From Nitrosotalea sp. (GTDB taxonomy: Bacteria; Methylomirabilota; Methylomirabilia; Rokubacteriales; CSP1-6): 64,000 nt of DNA. Where the stretch lies: assembly GCA_035519555.1 (NCBI GenBank), contig DATIWG010000051.1:130520-194519 (forward strand), given 5' to 3'. Positions 1 to 10,284 of the stretch are shown here, one piece after another. The notes under the pieces were generated by a model, which saw only the letters and a program-made list of their open reading frames with translations, ran no database searches and was not told the origin of the DNA. Within the stretch, counting starts at the first letter, position 1; the number at the start of each line of letters is the position of its first letter. The position numbers and the translations under genes were made by a program.

Positions 1-783
1 ATCGACGCGCGCCATCCCAGGGAGATCCGGGCCGACATCCGGGCCGGGCGGCTCACCACCGTGACCGCCGGGCTCGCGCCCGGCTTCGTGCAGGCCAACC
101 TGGCGGTGCTGCCGAAGGAGCAGGCGTACGACTTCCTGCTCTTCTGCCAGCGCAACCCGCGCGCCTGCCCGCTGATCGAGGTGACCGACACCGGCTCGCC
201 CGAGCCGGTGGGGGTGGCGCCCGGCGCCGATCTGAGAACGGATCTGCCGCGCTATCGCATCTACAAGGACGGCGTGCTGGCCGACGAGGTGACCGACGTC
301 ACCCCGTTCTGGCGCGACGACCTCGTGGCGTTCCTGCTCGGCTGCTCGTTCACCTTCGAGTGGGCCCTGCTGGACGCGGGCATCCCGATGCGCCACATCG
401 ACGAGGGCAAGAACGTCGCGATGTGGAAGACCTCGGTCGCGTGCCGGCCCGCCGGCCAGTTCCACGGCCCGATGGTGGTCTCGATGCGGCCGATCCCGAC
501 CGGGATGATCTCGAAGGCGGTGACTGCCTCCGCGCGATTCCCCAACGCGCACGGCGCCCCGGTGCACGTGGGCGATCCGTCGGTCCTCGGTATCGCCGAC
601 GTGAACAAGCCCGACTGGGGCGACTCGGTGGGCGTGCGCGCGGGCGAGGTTCCCGTGTTCTGGGCCTGCGGGGTGACCCCTCAGGCGGTGGCGCTGGCTT
701 CCAAGCCCCCGTTCATGATCACCCACAGCCCGGGGCACATGTTCATCACCGACCTGCCGAACCACGCGCTGGCCGCGATTTGA
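1..783 (+). CDS. Putative hydro-lyase, UPF0317/DUF1445 family (D-glutamate cyclase-like); 5' end outside the window
   Basis: The frame is open from base 1: IDARHPREIRADIRAGRLTT precedes the first GTG at 61. The translation GLAPGFVQANLAVLPKEQAYDFLLFCQRNPRACPLIEV...GAPVHVGDP...VFWACGVTPQ is typical of the DUF1445 hydro-lyase family. Confidence 0.75.
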   Translation: MDARHPREIRADIRAGRLTTVTAGLAPGFVQANLAVLPKEQAYDFLLFCQRNPRACPLIEVTDTGSPEPVGVAPGADLRTDLPRYRIYKDGVLADEVTDVTPFWRDDLVAFLLGCSFTFEWALLDAGIPMRHIDEGKNVAMWKTSVACRPAGQFHGPMVVSMRPIPTGMISKAVTASARFPNAHGAPVHVGDPSVLGIADVNKPDWGDSVGVRAGEVPVFWACGVTPQAVALASKPPFMITHSPGHMFITDLPNHALAAI

Positions 784-796
784 CGCTTCGCTCCCG

Positions 797-1528
797 GTGA
801 CCATCTGGCCCGAGCCGCGGCTCCTGCCCTGCGGCGATCGCGCCCTCTCCGTCGAGCTGGGTGACGAGGTCAACCGCGAGCTCAACGCCCGGGTCCTCGC
901 CCTCGAATACCTCCTCCACCAGCAGCGCCTGCCGGGCGTCGGCGAGACGGTGCCGAGCTATCGCGCGCTGCTCGTCTACTACGATCCCCTGGTCGTCGGC
1001 TACGACGCGCTGAGCGCGACCCTGCGCGAGCTCTGGACGCGGGCGCGCCCCGACGTGCTGCCGCCCGCGCGCACCGTCGAGCTGCCGTGCTGCTACGAGG
1101 GAGAGATGGGGTTCGAGCTCGCCGCCGCCGCGCAGAAGCTCGGGCTGTCCCCCGACGAGCTGGTGCGCCTGCACGCGGGCGCCGAGTACTACGTGTACTT
1201 CGTCGGCTTCACCCCGGGCCTGCCCTACATGACCGGGATGCCGGACCGGCTGACGATCCCGCGCCTGCAGAATCCGCGAACCAAGACGCCGCCCGGCAGC
1301 GTGGCGATCGGTGGCGTGCAGTGCTGCATATACTCGATCGAGAGCCCCGGCGGGTTCTGGGTGCTCGGACGCACCCCGGTCCGGCTCTACGATCCCACCG
1401 CGGCCGACCCGATCCTGCTGCGCGCGGGCGACCACGTCCGTTTCCGGGCGATCGACCGCGCGGAGTACGACGCGATCGCCGCCCTCGTGGACGCGGGGCG
1501 GTTCGCGCCGAGGATCGAGACCGCATGA
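797..1528 (+). CDS. pxpB: 5-oxoprolinase subunit B (KipI / allophanate hydrolase subunit 1 family)
   Basis: 243 aa with a GTG start. The pattern LLPCGDRALSVELGD...VPSYRALLVYYDP...YYVYFVGFTPGLPYM...IGGVQCCIYSIESPGGFWVLG is characteristic of PxpB/KipI. The stop overlaps the pxpC start (ATGA at 1525-1528). Confidence 0.8.
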   Translation: MTIWPEPRLLPCGDRALSVELGDEVNRELNARVLALEYLLHQQRLPGVGETVPSYRALLVYYDPLVVGYDALSATLRELWTRARPDVLPPARTVELPCCYEGEMGFELAAAAQKLGLSPDELVRLHAGAEYYVYFVGFTPGLPYMTGMPDRLTIPRLQNPRTKTPPGSVAIGGVQCCIYSIESPGGFWVLGRTPVRLYDPTAADPILLRAGDHVRFRAIDRAEYDAIAALVDAGRFAPRIETA

Positions 1529-2454
1529 GCGCCCTGCTCGTGCAGGACGGCGGGCCGCTCACGACCATCCAGGACCTGGGCCGCTTCGGCCATCTCCGGG
1601 TCGGCATCCCCACGTCGGGCCCGATGGATCGCGAGGCCTTCGTCCTCGCGAATCGCCTGGTCGGCAACGCGGACAACGCGGCCGGGCTCGAGTGCACGCT
1701 GCTGGGGCCCCGCCTGGAGTTCACGGACGAGCGGCTGGTCGCGGTGACCGGCGCCGACATGGCTCCGACCCTGAACGGCGCCGCCGCGCCCGCGTGGCAG
1801 GGTCTGCGGGTCAAGCCCGCCGACGTGCTGCGACTCGGCCCGGCCCGGAGCGGGGTGCGCGCGTACGTGGCGGTGGCGGGCGGCATCGAGACGCCGCTCG
1901 TGCTCGGCTCGCGCGCCACCTATCCGCGCGGGCGGCTCGGCGGGCTCGACGGGCGCGCGCTGCGCAAGGGCGATCGGCTTCCCCTGGGCGCCATCACCGC
2001 GGCACGGCCCCTTCGCGTCCGGCCGGACCGGATCCCGGCCTATGCGGGGGAGGCGGAGGTCGCGGTGGTGCTCGGGCCGCAGGACGACCGCTTCACGCCG
2101 GCGGGCATCGCCGCGTTCCTCGAGGGGCCCTACGAGATACTCCCGCAGAGCGATCGCATGGGCGCGCGGCTCAAGGGGCCGTTCATCGAGCACACCCACG
2201 GTCACGACATCGTCTCGGATGGCGTCCCGATGGGCGGCATCCAGGTCATCGGCGAGGGGCAGCCCATCGTGCTGCTCGCCGACCGGCAGTCGGCGGGCGG
2301 CTACACCAAGATCGGCACCGTGTGCTCGTTTGATCTCGGCCGGATCGCGCAGATCAAGCCGGGCGGGCGGCTGCGTTTCCGCCGCGTGACAGTCGCCGAC
2401 GCCCATGCGATGCTTCGGGACAGCCGCCGGGCGCTGGACACGGCCATCGAATAG
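1525..2454 (+). CDS. pxpC: 5-oxoprolinase subunit C (KipA / allophanate hydrolase subunit 2 family)
   Basis: The internal ATG at 1525 of ORF 1087..2454 gives MSALLVQDGGPLTTIQDLGRFGHLRVGIPTSGPMD...ADRQSAGGYTKIGTV, a PxpC/KipA signature. The start overlaps the pxpB stop, consistent with translational coupling. Confidence 0.8.
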   Translation: MSALLVQDGGPLTTIQDLGRFGHLRVGIPTSGPMDREAFVLANRLVGNADNAAGLECTLLGPRLEFTDERLVAVTGADMAPTLNGAAAPAWQGLRVKPADVLRLGPARSGVRAYVAVAGGIETPLVLGSRATYPRGRLGGLDGRALRKGDRLPLGAITAARPLRVRPDRIPAYAGEAEVAVVLGPQDDRFTPAGIAAFLEGPYEILPQSDRMGARLKGPFIEHTHGHDIVSDGVPMGGIQVIGEGQPIVLLADRQSAGGYTKIGTVCSFDLGRIAQIKPGGRLRFRRVTVADAHAMLRDSRRALDTAIE

Positions 2455-2470
2455 GGGACAGGAGGACGAC

Positions 2471-3793
2471 ATGACACTCGAGCGCGCGATCACCGACTAC
2501 CAGGCGAAGACCCCCCGCTCGCGGCAGCTCTTCGAGGAAGCGCTCCGCGTCATGCCGGGCGGCAACAGCCGCACCACCACGTTCTTCGATCCATACCCGT
2601 TCTACATCACGCGTGGCGAGGGCGCCCGCATCTGGGACGCCGACGGCGTCGAGCGGCTCGACTTCAACGGCAACTACACGAGCCTGATCCTGGGCCACGC
2701 CAACGCCCAGGTGGTCAAGGCCATCCAGGACGCGGCGGTGAACGGGATGTCGTTCCCGGGGCCGAGCGAGCACGAGATCCGCCTGGCCGAGATCCTCACC
2801 ACGCGTATCCCCGGCATGGAGGTGGTGCGCTTCGCCAACTCCGGCACCGAGGCCACCATGCACGCGGTGCGGGTGGCCCGGGCCTTCACCGGCCGCGCCA
2901 AGATCGCCAAGTTCGAGGGCGCCTATCACGGCACCCACGACTGGGTGCTGGTGAGCGTGTCGCCGGATCCGGCCACCGCGGGCTCGCGCAAGCGGCCGAA
3001 GTCGGTCGCGTGGTCCTCGGGCGTGCCGCCCATGGTCATGAAGCACGTGGTGACGCTGCCGTGGAACGACACCGCCGCCTGCGTGAAGATCCTCGAGAAG
3101 CAGGGCGGCGACATCGCGGCGCTGATCATCGATCCGCTGCTCGCCAACGCGGGCATGATCCCGGCGCGCGAGGGCTTCCTGGAGGGGCTGCGCGAGGCCA
3201 CCCAGCGCCTGGGCATCCTGCTGATCTTCGACGAGGTGATCTCGTTCCGGATCGGTCGCGGCGGCGCCCAGGAGCGCTTCAACATCCGCCCGGACCTGAC
3301 CACCCTCGGCAAGATCATCGGCGGCGGGCTCGCGGTCGGCGCCTTCGGTGGCCGCGCCGACGTGATGAACTTCTACGACCCGCGCGACGGCCGGGGCCGC
3401 ATCAACCACGGGGGCACCTTCAACGCGAATCCGCTCACGATGGCGGGGGGCATCGCCACCATGGAGCAGCTCACTCCCGACTCGTATGCGCGTCTCGAGG
3501 CGCTCGGAGACCGGCTGCGCGACGGGGTGCGGCGGCTGCTGCGCAAGAAGCGCTACGCCGGGCAGATCACCGGCGTCGGCTCGCTCTTCTGGGTGCACCA
3601 CACCAAGAAGAAGCTGAGCGACTATCGCTCGGCCCGGCCGGAGGACGTCAAGGCGCCCGCGCGCACCTTCCTGGGTCTGGTCAACGAGGGCGTGCTCCTT
3701 TCCCAGCGCGGCCTGGGCGCCTGCTCGCTGGCCATGACCGAGGCCGACGTGGACCGCTTCGTGGAGACGCTCGGCCGGGTGCTCGAGGGGTAG
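2471..3793 (+). CDS. Class-III PLP aminotransferase, glutamate-1-semialdehyde 2,1-aminomutase-like
   Basis: ATG at 2471 preceded by GGAGGA. The motifs MPGGNSRTT...RGEGARIWDADGVERLDFNGNYTSLILGHA...FANSGTEATMHAVRVARAFTGR...LIFDEVISFR match the GSA-aminomutase-like subfamily. Confidence 0.8.
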   Translation: MTLERAITDYQAKTPRSRQLFEEALRVMPGGNSRTTTFFDPYPFYITRGEGARIWDADGVERLDFNGNYTSLILGHANAQVVKAIQDAAVNGMSFPGPSEHEIRLAEILTTRIPGMEVVRFANSGTEATMHAVRVARAFTGRAKIAKFEGAYHGTHDWVLVSVSPDPATAGSRKRPKSVAWSSGVPPMVMKHVVTLPWNDTAACVKILEKQGGDIAALIIDPLLANAGMIPAREGFLEGLREATQRLGILLIFDEVISFRIGRGGAQERFNIRPDLTTLGKIIGGGLAVGAFGGRADVMNFYDPRDGRGRINHGGTFNANPLTMAGGIATMEQLTPDSYARLEALGDRLRDGVRRLLRKKRYAGQITGVGSLFWVHHTKKKLSDYRSARPEDVKAPARTFLGLVNEGVLLSQRGLGACSLAMTEADVDRFVETLGRVLEG

Positions 3794-3815
3794 GGATGGT
3801 GAGGGGGGACAGGAC

Positions 3816-4586
3816 ATGAAGATGATCGATCTCAACTGCGACATGGGCGAGTCGTACGGCCGCTGGACGCTCGGGGCCGACGAGGCCATCATGCCGTTCA
3901 TCAGCTCGGCCAACGTGGCGTGCGGCTTCCACGGCGGCGACCCGCACGTGATGCGCAAGACCGTGGAGCTGGCGCTCTCGCACCGGGTGGCTCTGGGCGC
4001 GCATCCTTCCCTGCCGGACCTCATCGGCTTCGGCCGCCGCAAGATGGACGTGAGCCCGCGCGAGCTGGCCGACTACCTCGCCTACCAGACCGGCGCTCTG
4101 CGCGAGATCGCGCGCGCGGCGGGAGCGGAGCTGCAGCACCTCAAGCCCCACGGCATCCTCTACGGCATGATGGAGAGCGACGAGGCGCTCGCCGCCGCGG
4201 CCGGGCAGTCCGCGATGGACTCGGGCCTCATCCTCATGACGCTCGCCTCCGGCCGCTACGACGCCACCTGCCGGAAGATGGGCGCCCGCGTGGCCTCGGA
4301 GGGTTTCGCCGACCGCGCCTACAACGTCGACGGCACCCTGGTCTCCCGCAAGATCGCGGGCTCGCTGATCACCGATCCGGCCCGGGCGGCGGCCCAGGCC
4401 GTGCAGATGGCGATCAGCGGCAAGGTGCGCACCATGGACGGCGTCGACATCGACATTTCGGTGCAGACCATCTGCTGCCACGGCGACACCCCGGGCGCCG
4501 AGCGCATCGTGCGCACGGTGCGCGAGGCGCTGGAGAAGGCGGGCTGCCAGGTCAAGCCCCTGCGCGACTGGCTGCCCGCGCACTGA
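3816..4586 (+). CDS. pxpA: 5-oxoprolinase subunit A (LamB/YcsF family)
   Basis: MKMIDLNCDMGESYGRWTLGADEAIMPFISSANVACGFHGGDPHVMRKTVELA is a textbook LamB/YcsF N-terminus. Confidence 0.85.
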   Translation: MKMIDLNCDMGESYGRWTLGADEAIMPFISSANVACGFHGGDPHVMRKTVELALSHRVALGAHPSLPDLIGFGRRKMDVSPRELADYLAYQTGALREIARAAGAELQHLKPHGILYGMMESDEALAAAAGQSAMDSGLILMTLASGRYDATCRKMGARVASEGFADRAYNVDGTLVSRKIAGSLITDPARAAAQAVQMAISGKVRTMDGVDIDISVQTICCHGDTPGAERIVRTVREALEKAGCQVKPLRDWLPAH

Positions 4587-5026
4587 TGCCCCCGCGCGCC
4601 GCTTCCCTCCTGATGGCCGCGGCGCTCCTGCTTCCCGGCTGCTCGGTAGCCAGGGTGGCCAAGCTCCCCCCGACGACCCCGGAGCGAGACCAGACCGTCA
4701 CCCAGCATCGCCTCGACTCCATCGACTGCAAGGCCGAGATGGGCGCGCGCACCAACTACAACGGCGACCAGTCCCCGCTGGCCAACTTCCTCCGCAACGT
4801 CTTCGTCATGGGCACCGCGGGAGCGGCAGTCGGCGGGCTCGCGACCGGGCTGCCCGCCTCGACCGAGTCGACCGCCACCGACGGGCTGATCGCGGGCGCG
4901 AGCGCGGGCAGCGTCGGGGGGGGCGCGATCAGCGTGAACGGCCGCACCCGCTTCGAGCGGGCGTACGTGGCCTGCATGGAAAGTCGCGGGTACCGCGTCG
5001 TTGCGACGCCGGAGGGCATCCAGTAA
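4586..5026 (+). CDS. Small lipoprotein of unknown function
   Basis: ATG at 4586 overlaps the pxpA stop (TGATG). MPPRAASLLMAAALLLPGCSV has a signal peptide and an LLPGC lipobox. The protein has a Gly/Ala-rich middle and no family I recognise. Confidence 0.6.
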   Translation: MPPRAASLLMAAALLLPGCSVARVAKLPPTTPERDQTVTQHRLDSIDCKAEMGARTNYNGDQSPLANFLRNVFVMGTAGAAVGGLATGLPASTESTATDGLIAGASAGSVGGGAISVNGRTRFERAYVACMESRGYRVVATPEGIQ

Positions 5027-5053
5027 GATGAGGCGGCCCGAGCCGATCTCCCG

Positions 5054-6175
5054 ATGACGGACGCCACCTCCGCAGGCCCGCTCAAGCGCACCCCGCTCCG
5101 CGACGTGCACGTCAAGGCGGGCGCCAAGATGGTTCCCTTCGGCGGCTGGGACATGCCGGTGCAGTACCGCGGGATCATCGAGGAGCATCGGGCGGTGCGC
5201 CGGGCGGTCGGCCTGTTCGACATCAGCCACATGGGTGAATTCGAGGTGCGGGGCCCGGATGCCCTGGCCGCGGTCCAGCGACTCTGCACCAACGACGCCT
5301 CTACGCTCGAGATCGGTCAGGTGCAGTACGCCGCCCTCTGCTATCCGGAGGGCGGGATCGTGGACGACCTGACGATTTACCGCTTGGCAACCGACCAGTT
5401 CATGCTCGTGGTCAACGCCTCGAACATCGACAAGGACTGGGCGTGGGTGACCTCGCACAGCGTGGGTCGCGCCGAGTGGAAGAACCTGAGCGATGAAACC
5501 GCACTGCTCGCGGTGCAGGGGCCCCGGGCGGAGGGCCTCGTGGGTCGGCTCGCCGATCAGGACGTCACACGGATCGGCTACTACCGCTTCGCTCGTGGCA
5601 CGGTGTCAGGCGTGCCGGCCATCATCTCGCGCACCGGCTACACCGGCGAGGATGGCTTCGAGCTCTACATCTCCGCCGGGCAGGCCGAGCGGCTCTGGGC
5701 GGCTCTGATCCAGGCCGGCCAGGCCGAGGGCCTCCAGCCCATCGGTCTGGGCGCGCGCGACACCCTGCGGCTCGAGATGAAGTACGCGCTCTACGGCAAC
5801 GACATCGACCAGACCACCAACCCGCTGGAAGCCGGACTCGGCTGGGTCGTCAAGCCCGCCAAGGGCGACTTCATCGGGCGCGAGGCCATCGAGGCGCTCC
5901 GCGCCCGCGGCGTGGCCCGCCGGCTCGTGGGCTTCGAGATGGCGGAGCGGGCGGTTCCGCGTCACGGTTACCGGCTCATGGTGGGCGGGGCGCCGGCCGG
6001 CGTGGTCACCTCGGGCTCGTTCGGTCCGTCGGTCGAGCGCTCGATCGGCATGGGCTACGTGCCGACGGCGCAGGCGGCGGTCGGCAGCGAGCTGGCCGTC
6101 GAGATCCGCGGGGCCACCCACGCCGCCCGCGTGGTGAAGACGCCCTTCTATCCCTCGCACACCAAGAAGGCCTAG
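5054..6175 (+). CDS. gcvT: Glycine cleavage system aminomethyltransferase (T protein)
   Basis: 373 aa. LKRTPLRDVHVKAGAKMVPFGGWDMPVQY...GLFDISHMGEFEVRG...RTGYTGEDGFELY is canonical GcvT. Confidence 0.95.
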   Translation: MTDATSAGPLKRTPLRDVHVKAGAKMVPFGGWDMPVQYRGIIEEHRAVRRAVGLFDISHMGEFEVRGPDALAAVQRLCTNDASTLEIGQVQYAALCYPEGGIVDDLTIYRLATDQFMLVVNASNIDKDWAWVTSHSVGRAEWKNLSDETALLAVQGPRAEGLVGRLADQDVTRIGYYRFARGTVSGVPAIISRTGYTGEDGFELYISAGQAERLWAALIQAGQAEGLQPIGLGARDTLRLEMKYALYGNDIDQTTNPLEAGLGWVVKPAKGDFIGREAIEALRARGVARRLVGFEMAERAVPRHGYRLMVGGAPAGVVTSGSFGPSVERSIGMGYVPTAQAAVGSELAVEIRGATHAARVVKTPFYPSHTKKA

Positions 6176-6186
6176 GAGAGGAGTCG

Positions 6187-6579
6187 ATGGCGAACGTTCC
6201 GACGGAGCTCAAGTACACGCGCGAGCACGAGTGGGCGAAGGTGGAGGGCGATCGTGCCCGCATCGGCATCACCGCGTTCGCCCAGGAGCAGCTCGGCGAC
6301 GTCGTCTTCGTGGAGCTGCCCAAGGTGGGCGCGAAGGTCACCGCGCTCAAGACCTTCGGGGTCGTGGAGTCGGTGAAGGCGGTCTCCGACCTCTTCGCGC
6401 CGGTCTCCGGTGAGGTGGCGGAGGTCAACGAGGCGCTGCCCAAGAATCCCGAGCTGGTGAACAGCGATCCCTACGGGAAGGGCTGGATGCTCGTGATCCG
6501 CATGAGCAACCCCAAGGACGTCGACGGGCTCATGAGCGCCGCCGACTACCAGAAGCTCACCGCCGACGGCGCGCACTAG
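6187..6579 (+). CDS. gcvH: Glycine cleavage system H protein (lipoyl carrier)
   Basis: 130 aa. YTREHEWAKVEGDRARIGITAFAQEQLGDVVFVELP...VESVKAVSDLFAPVSGEV contains the lipoyl-lysine motif ESVKA. Confidence 0.95.
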   Translation: MANVPTELKYTREHEWAKVEGDRARIGITAFAQEQLGDVVFVELPKVGAKVTALKTFGVVESVKAVSDLFAPVSGEVAEVNEALPKNPELVNSDPYGKGWMLVIRMSNPKDVDGLMSAADYQKLTADGAH

Positions 6580-6597
6580 GCCGGAAAGGCAGCCCGC

Positions 6598-7941
6598 ATG
6601 CGCTACATCCCCAACACCCCCGCCCAGCAGAAGGACATGCTGGCGGCCGTCGGCGCCTCGTCCATCGAGGACCTGCTCGTCCGCATCCCGGCCAAGGCGC
6701 GGCTGTCGCGACCGCTCAACCTGCCGAGCGCGATGGCCGAGACCGACCTGGTCCGCCACCTGCAGCGCATGGCCGGGCTCAACGCGGGCGCGGATGAATA
6801 TGCGTGCTTCCTCGGGGCGGGCTCCTACGATCACGCGATCCCGAGCCCGATCAACCACCTGATCTCCCGCGGCGAGTTCTTCACCGCCTACACCCCTTAC
6901 CAGCCGGAGGCCAGCCAGGGCACGCTCCGGTCGATCTTCGAGTACCAGACCATGATGGCGGAGCTCACCGGGATGGACGTGGCCAACGCCTCCATCTACG
7001 ACGGCGCATCCTCCCTGGCCGAGGCCGCGCTGATGGCGCACTCGGTGACCGGGCGCGACACCCTCGTGATCTCGCGTGGGGTGAACCCGCTCTACCGCCA
7101 GGTGGTCGAGACCTACGTGGAGGGCCCCGGGCTCAAGATCAAGTCGGTGCCGCTCGGCGACGGGGTCACCGACGTGGACGCGCTTCGCAAGACGCTGTCC
7201 CGGCACAGCGCGGCGGTGGTGATCCAGTACCCGAACTTCTTCGGCTCGCTCGAGGAGGTGCGCTCGATCGCGGACATCGCCCACGAGGCGGGCGCGCTGC
7301 TGGTCGTGGTGGCCGACCCCGTGAACCTCGGCCTCCTGACTCCCCCGGGCGCCGCCGGCGCCGATATTGTGGTGGGCGAGGGGCAGGGGCTGGGCGTGCC
7401 GATGAGCTTCGGCGGCCCGAATCTGGGCGTGTTCGCGGCCAAGCAGGAGCTGGTGAGGCGGATGCCGGGGCGCCTGGTGGGCGCCACCGTGGACGTGGAT
7501 GGCCAACGGGGCTTCGTGCTGACCCTGCAGACGCGCGAGCAGCACATCCGTCGCGAGAAGGCCACCTCGAACATCTGCACCAACGTGGCGCTGTGCGCGC
7601 TGATGGCCACCATCTACGTCTCGATCCTGGGCAAGCGCGGGCTCCGCAAGGTGGGCGAGCTCTCGACCGCAAAGGCCCACTACGCGGCGCGCGAGCTCAC
7701 CAAGATCCCCGGGGTGTCCCTGCGCTTCGCCGCGCCCTTCTTCAAGGAGTTCACCCTCCAGCTCCCGAAGTCGCCGGAGCGCGTGGTCAAGCGGCTGATG
7801 AAGGACCGCCTGCTGGCCGGCGTGCCGCTCAAGGGCTTCGATCGCGCCTACAAGGACTGCCTGCTGGTGGCGGTGACCGAGAAGCGCACCAAGGAAGAGA
7901 TCGACGCCTACGCGGCCGCGCTGGCCGCGGCGGTGGCCTGA
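6598..7941 (+). CDS. gcvPA: Glycine dehydrogenase (decarboxylating) subunit 1
   Basis: 447 aa. [19 protein letters not shown]...[18 protein letters not shown]...[17 protein letters not shown] is typical of the N-terminal P-protein subunit. Confidence 0.95.
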   Translation: MRYIPNTPAQQKDMLAAVGASSIEDLLVRIPAKARLSRPLNLPSAMAETDLVRHLQRMAGLNAGADEYACFLGAGSYDHAIPSPINHLISRGEFFTAYTPYQPEASQGTLRSIFEYQTMMAELTGMDVANASIYDGASSLAEAALMAHSVTGRDTLVISRGVNPLYRQVVETYVEGPGLKIKSVPLGDGVTDVDALRKTLSRHSAAVVIQYPNFFGSLEEVRSIADIAHEAGALLVVVADPVNLGLLTPPGAAGADIVVGEGQGLGVPMSFGGPNLGVFAAKQELVRRMPGRLVGATVDVDGQRGFVLTLQTREQHIRREKATSNICTNVALCALMATIYVSILGKRGLRKVGELSTAKAHYAARELTKIPGVSLRFAAPFFKEFTLQLPKSPERVVKRLMKDRLLAGVPLKGFDRAYKDCLLVAVTEKRTKEEIDAYAAALAAAVA

Positions 7942-7948
7942 AGCCGCC

Positions 7949-9418
7949 ATGCACGCCGCCAAGCCCGCCTACGACAAGCTGATCTTCGAGCTGTCCGCGC
8001 CCGGCCGCTTCGCCTACTCGCTGCCCGAGAGCGACGTGCCCGACAGCGATCCCGCCGCGCTCCTGCCGGCGAGGCACCTGCGGGAGGTCCCCGCCGAGCT
8101 GCCCGAGGTTTCGGAAGTCGATGTGATCCGTCACTACTCGCGTCTGTCGCAGATGAATTACGGGGTGGACACGCACTTCTACCCGCTCGGCTCCTGCACC
8201 ATGAAGTACAACCCGAAGATCAACGAGGACATGGCGCGCCTCGGCGGCTTCGCGCGCCTGCACCCGCTGGCTCCGGAGGCGGCGAGTCAGGGCGCGCTCG
8301 GGCTCATGTGGGAGCTGGCGCGGGACCTCGCGGAGATCTCCGGGATGGACGAGGTGTCGCTGCAGCCCGCGGCGGGGGCCCAGGGCGAGCTGGCCGGCGT
8401 GCTGATGATCCGCGCATATCACCTGGCGCGGGGCGAGCGACGGCACAAGGTGCTGATCCCGGACTCCGCGCACGGGACTAACCCCGCCTCCACCGCGCTG
8501 GCCGGCTTCTCGGTGGTCGAGCTCAAGTCCGAGGCCAACGGCGACGTGGACCTGGTGGATCTCGAGCGGCACCTGGACGAGGACGTGGCCGCCTTCATGA
8601 TCACCCAGCCCAACACGCTGGGCCTCTTCGAGTCGAAGATCCACCAGATCACCGAGATGTGCCACTCGAAGGGCGTGCAGGTCTACATGGACGGCGCCAA
8701 CTTCAACGCCATCCTCGGCATCACGCGCCCGGGCGACCTCGGCTTCGACGTCTGCCACTTCAACCTGCACAAGACCTTCACCACACCGCACGGCGGCGGC
8801 GGTCCCGGCTCGGGGCCGGTGGGCATCAAGGCGCACCTGGCCCCGTTCCTGCCGACCCCGGTGGTGGTCAAGTCCGAGGGCGCCTACGGGCTCGACTGGA
8901 GCCGGCCGCAGTCCATCGGCAAGCTGCAGGCCTTCTGGGGCAACTTCGGCATGCTGGTGCGGGCCTACACCTACATCCGCACCATGGGCCCCGACGGGCT
9001 CCGATCGGTCTCGGAGAACGCGGTGCTCAACGCCAACTACATCCTGAAGCGCCTCGAGGGCGACTACGACCGCTCGGCCCCCGGCCCCTGCATGCACGAG
9101 TGCGTGCTCTCGGCCCGGCGCCAGAAGAAGCTCGGGGTGTCCGCGATGGACATCGCCAAGCGTCTGCTCGACCTCGGCTTCTACGCCCCGTCGACGTACT
9201 TCCCGCTGATCGTCGAGGAGGCGCTGATGATCGAGCCCACCGAGACCGAGTCCAAGGAGACGCTCGATCAGTTCTGCGACGCCATGATCCAGATCGCGCG
9301 CGAAGCCGAGAAGGATCCGGACCTGATCCACGAGGCGCCGGTGACGACGCCGGTGCGCCGCCTGAACCAGACGCTGGCCGCCCGCCAGCCCGTGCTGAGG
9401 TGGCGCCCGTCTCGGTGA
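7949..9418 (+). CDS. gcvPB: Glycine dehydrogenase (decarboxylating) subunit 2
   Basis: 489 aa. [10 protein letters not shown]...[13 protein letters not shown]...[23 protein letters not shown] contains the PLP-lysine region of GcvPB. Confidence 0.95.
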   Translation: MHAAKPAYDKLIFELSAPGRFAYSLPESDVPDSDPAALLPARHLREVPAELPEVSEVDVIRHYSRLSQMNYGVDTHFYPLGSCTMKYNPKINEDMARLGGFARLHPLAPEAASQGALGLMWELARDLAEISGMDEVSLQPAAGAQGELAGVLMIRAYHLARGERRHKVLIPDSAHGTNPASTALAGFSVVELKSEANGDVDLVDLERHLDEDVAAFMITQPNTLGLFESKIHQITEMCHSKGVQVYMDGANFNAILGITRPGDLGFDVCHFNLHKTFTTPHGGGGPGSGPVGIKAHLAPFLPTPVVVKSEGAYGLDWSRPQSIGKLQAFWGNFGMLVRAYTYIRTMGPDGLRSVSENAVLNANYILKRLEGDYDRSAPGPCMHECVLSARRQKKLGVSAMDIAKRLLDLGFYAPSTYFPLIVEEALMIEPTETESKETLDQFCDAMIQIAREAEKDPDLIHEAPVTTPVRRLNQTLAARQPVLRWRPSR

Positions 9419-9442
9419 CCCTCTCCTCAGGTGGGGAGAGGG
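9419..9442 (+). other. GC-rich hairpin directly after the gcvPB stop (intercistronic stem-loop or REP-like palindrome)
   Basis: CCCTCTCC (9419-9426) pairs with GGAGAGGG (9435-9442) across an 8-nt loop. It starts 1 nt after the TGA at 9416-9418, has no U-tract, and the next gene starts at 9454. Confidence 0.3.
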
Positions 9443-9453
9443 CAGGGTGAGGG

Positions 9454-10284
9454 GTGACGACTCCCTTCCGCCTGCTGGTCACCGAGCCGCTCGACGGGGC
9501 TTTCAACATGGCCCTGGACGAGGCGCTGCTCCTGGGCCGGCTTGCGGGCACCGCGCCCCCGACGGTCCGCTTCTTCGCCTGGCGGCCCGCCACCATCTCG
9601 CTCGGCTACGGCCAGCCGCTCGACCGTCGCATCGACACGGAGGCCGCGGCCGCGCTGGGGGTCGGGCTCGTGCGCCGGCCGACCGGCGGCAGCGCCATCC
9701 TGCACGAGGGGCCGGATCTCGAGCTGACCTACAGCGTGGTCGCGGCCGCGGACGACTTCGACGGCGCCGCCGACCTGCTCGAGACGTATCGATGGATCGG
9801 CAGCGCCCTGGCCGCGGGCATCAACCGCGTCGGCGCCCCGGTCGAGATGGTGCCGGTGCAGCCGTCGGATCCCACCGCGATGCCCACGTTCTGCTTCGCC
9901 CGCACCGGGTCCTACGAGCTCGAGATCGGCGGCCTCAAGGTGGTCGGCAGCGCGCAGCGGAGGCAGGGCGCGGGGTTCCTCCAGCACGGGGCGGTGATGC
10001 TGGGAGCCGCGCCGGATCGCCTGCGGCGCGTCTTCCCGAGCGAGCGCGATCCGCTCGCCGGGATGACCACGCTGGAAGCGGTGCTTCGTCGCCGGCCGTC
10101 GTTCGAGGAGACGATGACCGCGCTCGCCGCCGGCTTCCGCGAGGTCCACGGTCTCGAGCTGTCGGCGGGCGGCCTCGCGGCCGAGGAGCTGGAGCGCGCC
10201 CTGGCCCTCGTGCGCGACAAGTACGCCACCGACCGGTGGACCCGCACGGGCCGCGCGCCGGTGGTGGCGACCGCGATCGGATGA
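9454..10284 (+). CDS. Lipoate-protein ligase / octanoyltransferase family protein (BPL/LPL catalytic domain)
   Basis: 276 aa with a GTG start. FNMALDEALLLG...VRFFAWRPATISLGYGQ...LVRRPTGGSAILH...KVVGSAQRR is typical of LplA/LipM-type enzymes. It lies directly after the gcv genes. Confidence 0.8.
   Translation: MTTPFRLLVTEPLDGAFNMALDEALLLGRLAGTAPPTVRFFAWRPATISLGYGQPLDRRIDTEAAAALGVGLVRRPTGGSAILHEGPDLELTYSVVAAADDFDGAADLLETYRWIGSALAAGINRVGAPVEMVPVQPSDPTAMPTFCFARTGSYELEIGGLKVVGSAQRRQGAGFLQHGAVMLGAAPDRLRRVFPSERDPLAGMTTLEAVLRRRPSFEETMTALAAGFREVHGLELSAGGLAAEELERALALVRDKYATDRWTRTGRAPVVATAIG

Noticed and set aside
5027-5053. Possible glycine riboswitch upstream of gcvT
   Set aside because: The intergenic space is only 27 nt, whereas a glycine riboswitch aptamer needs about 100 nt or more. 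The upstream sequence is a lipoprotein coding region.
6172-7962. 596-aa minus-strand ORF
   Set aside because: It is antisense to gcvH and gcvPA. It has shadow-ORF composition and no recognisable domain.
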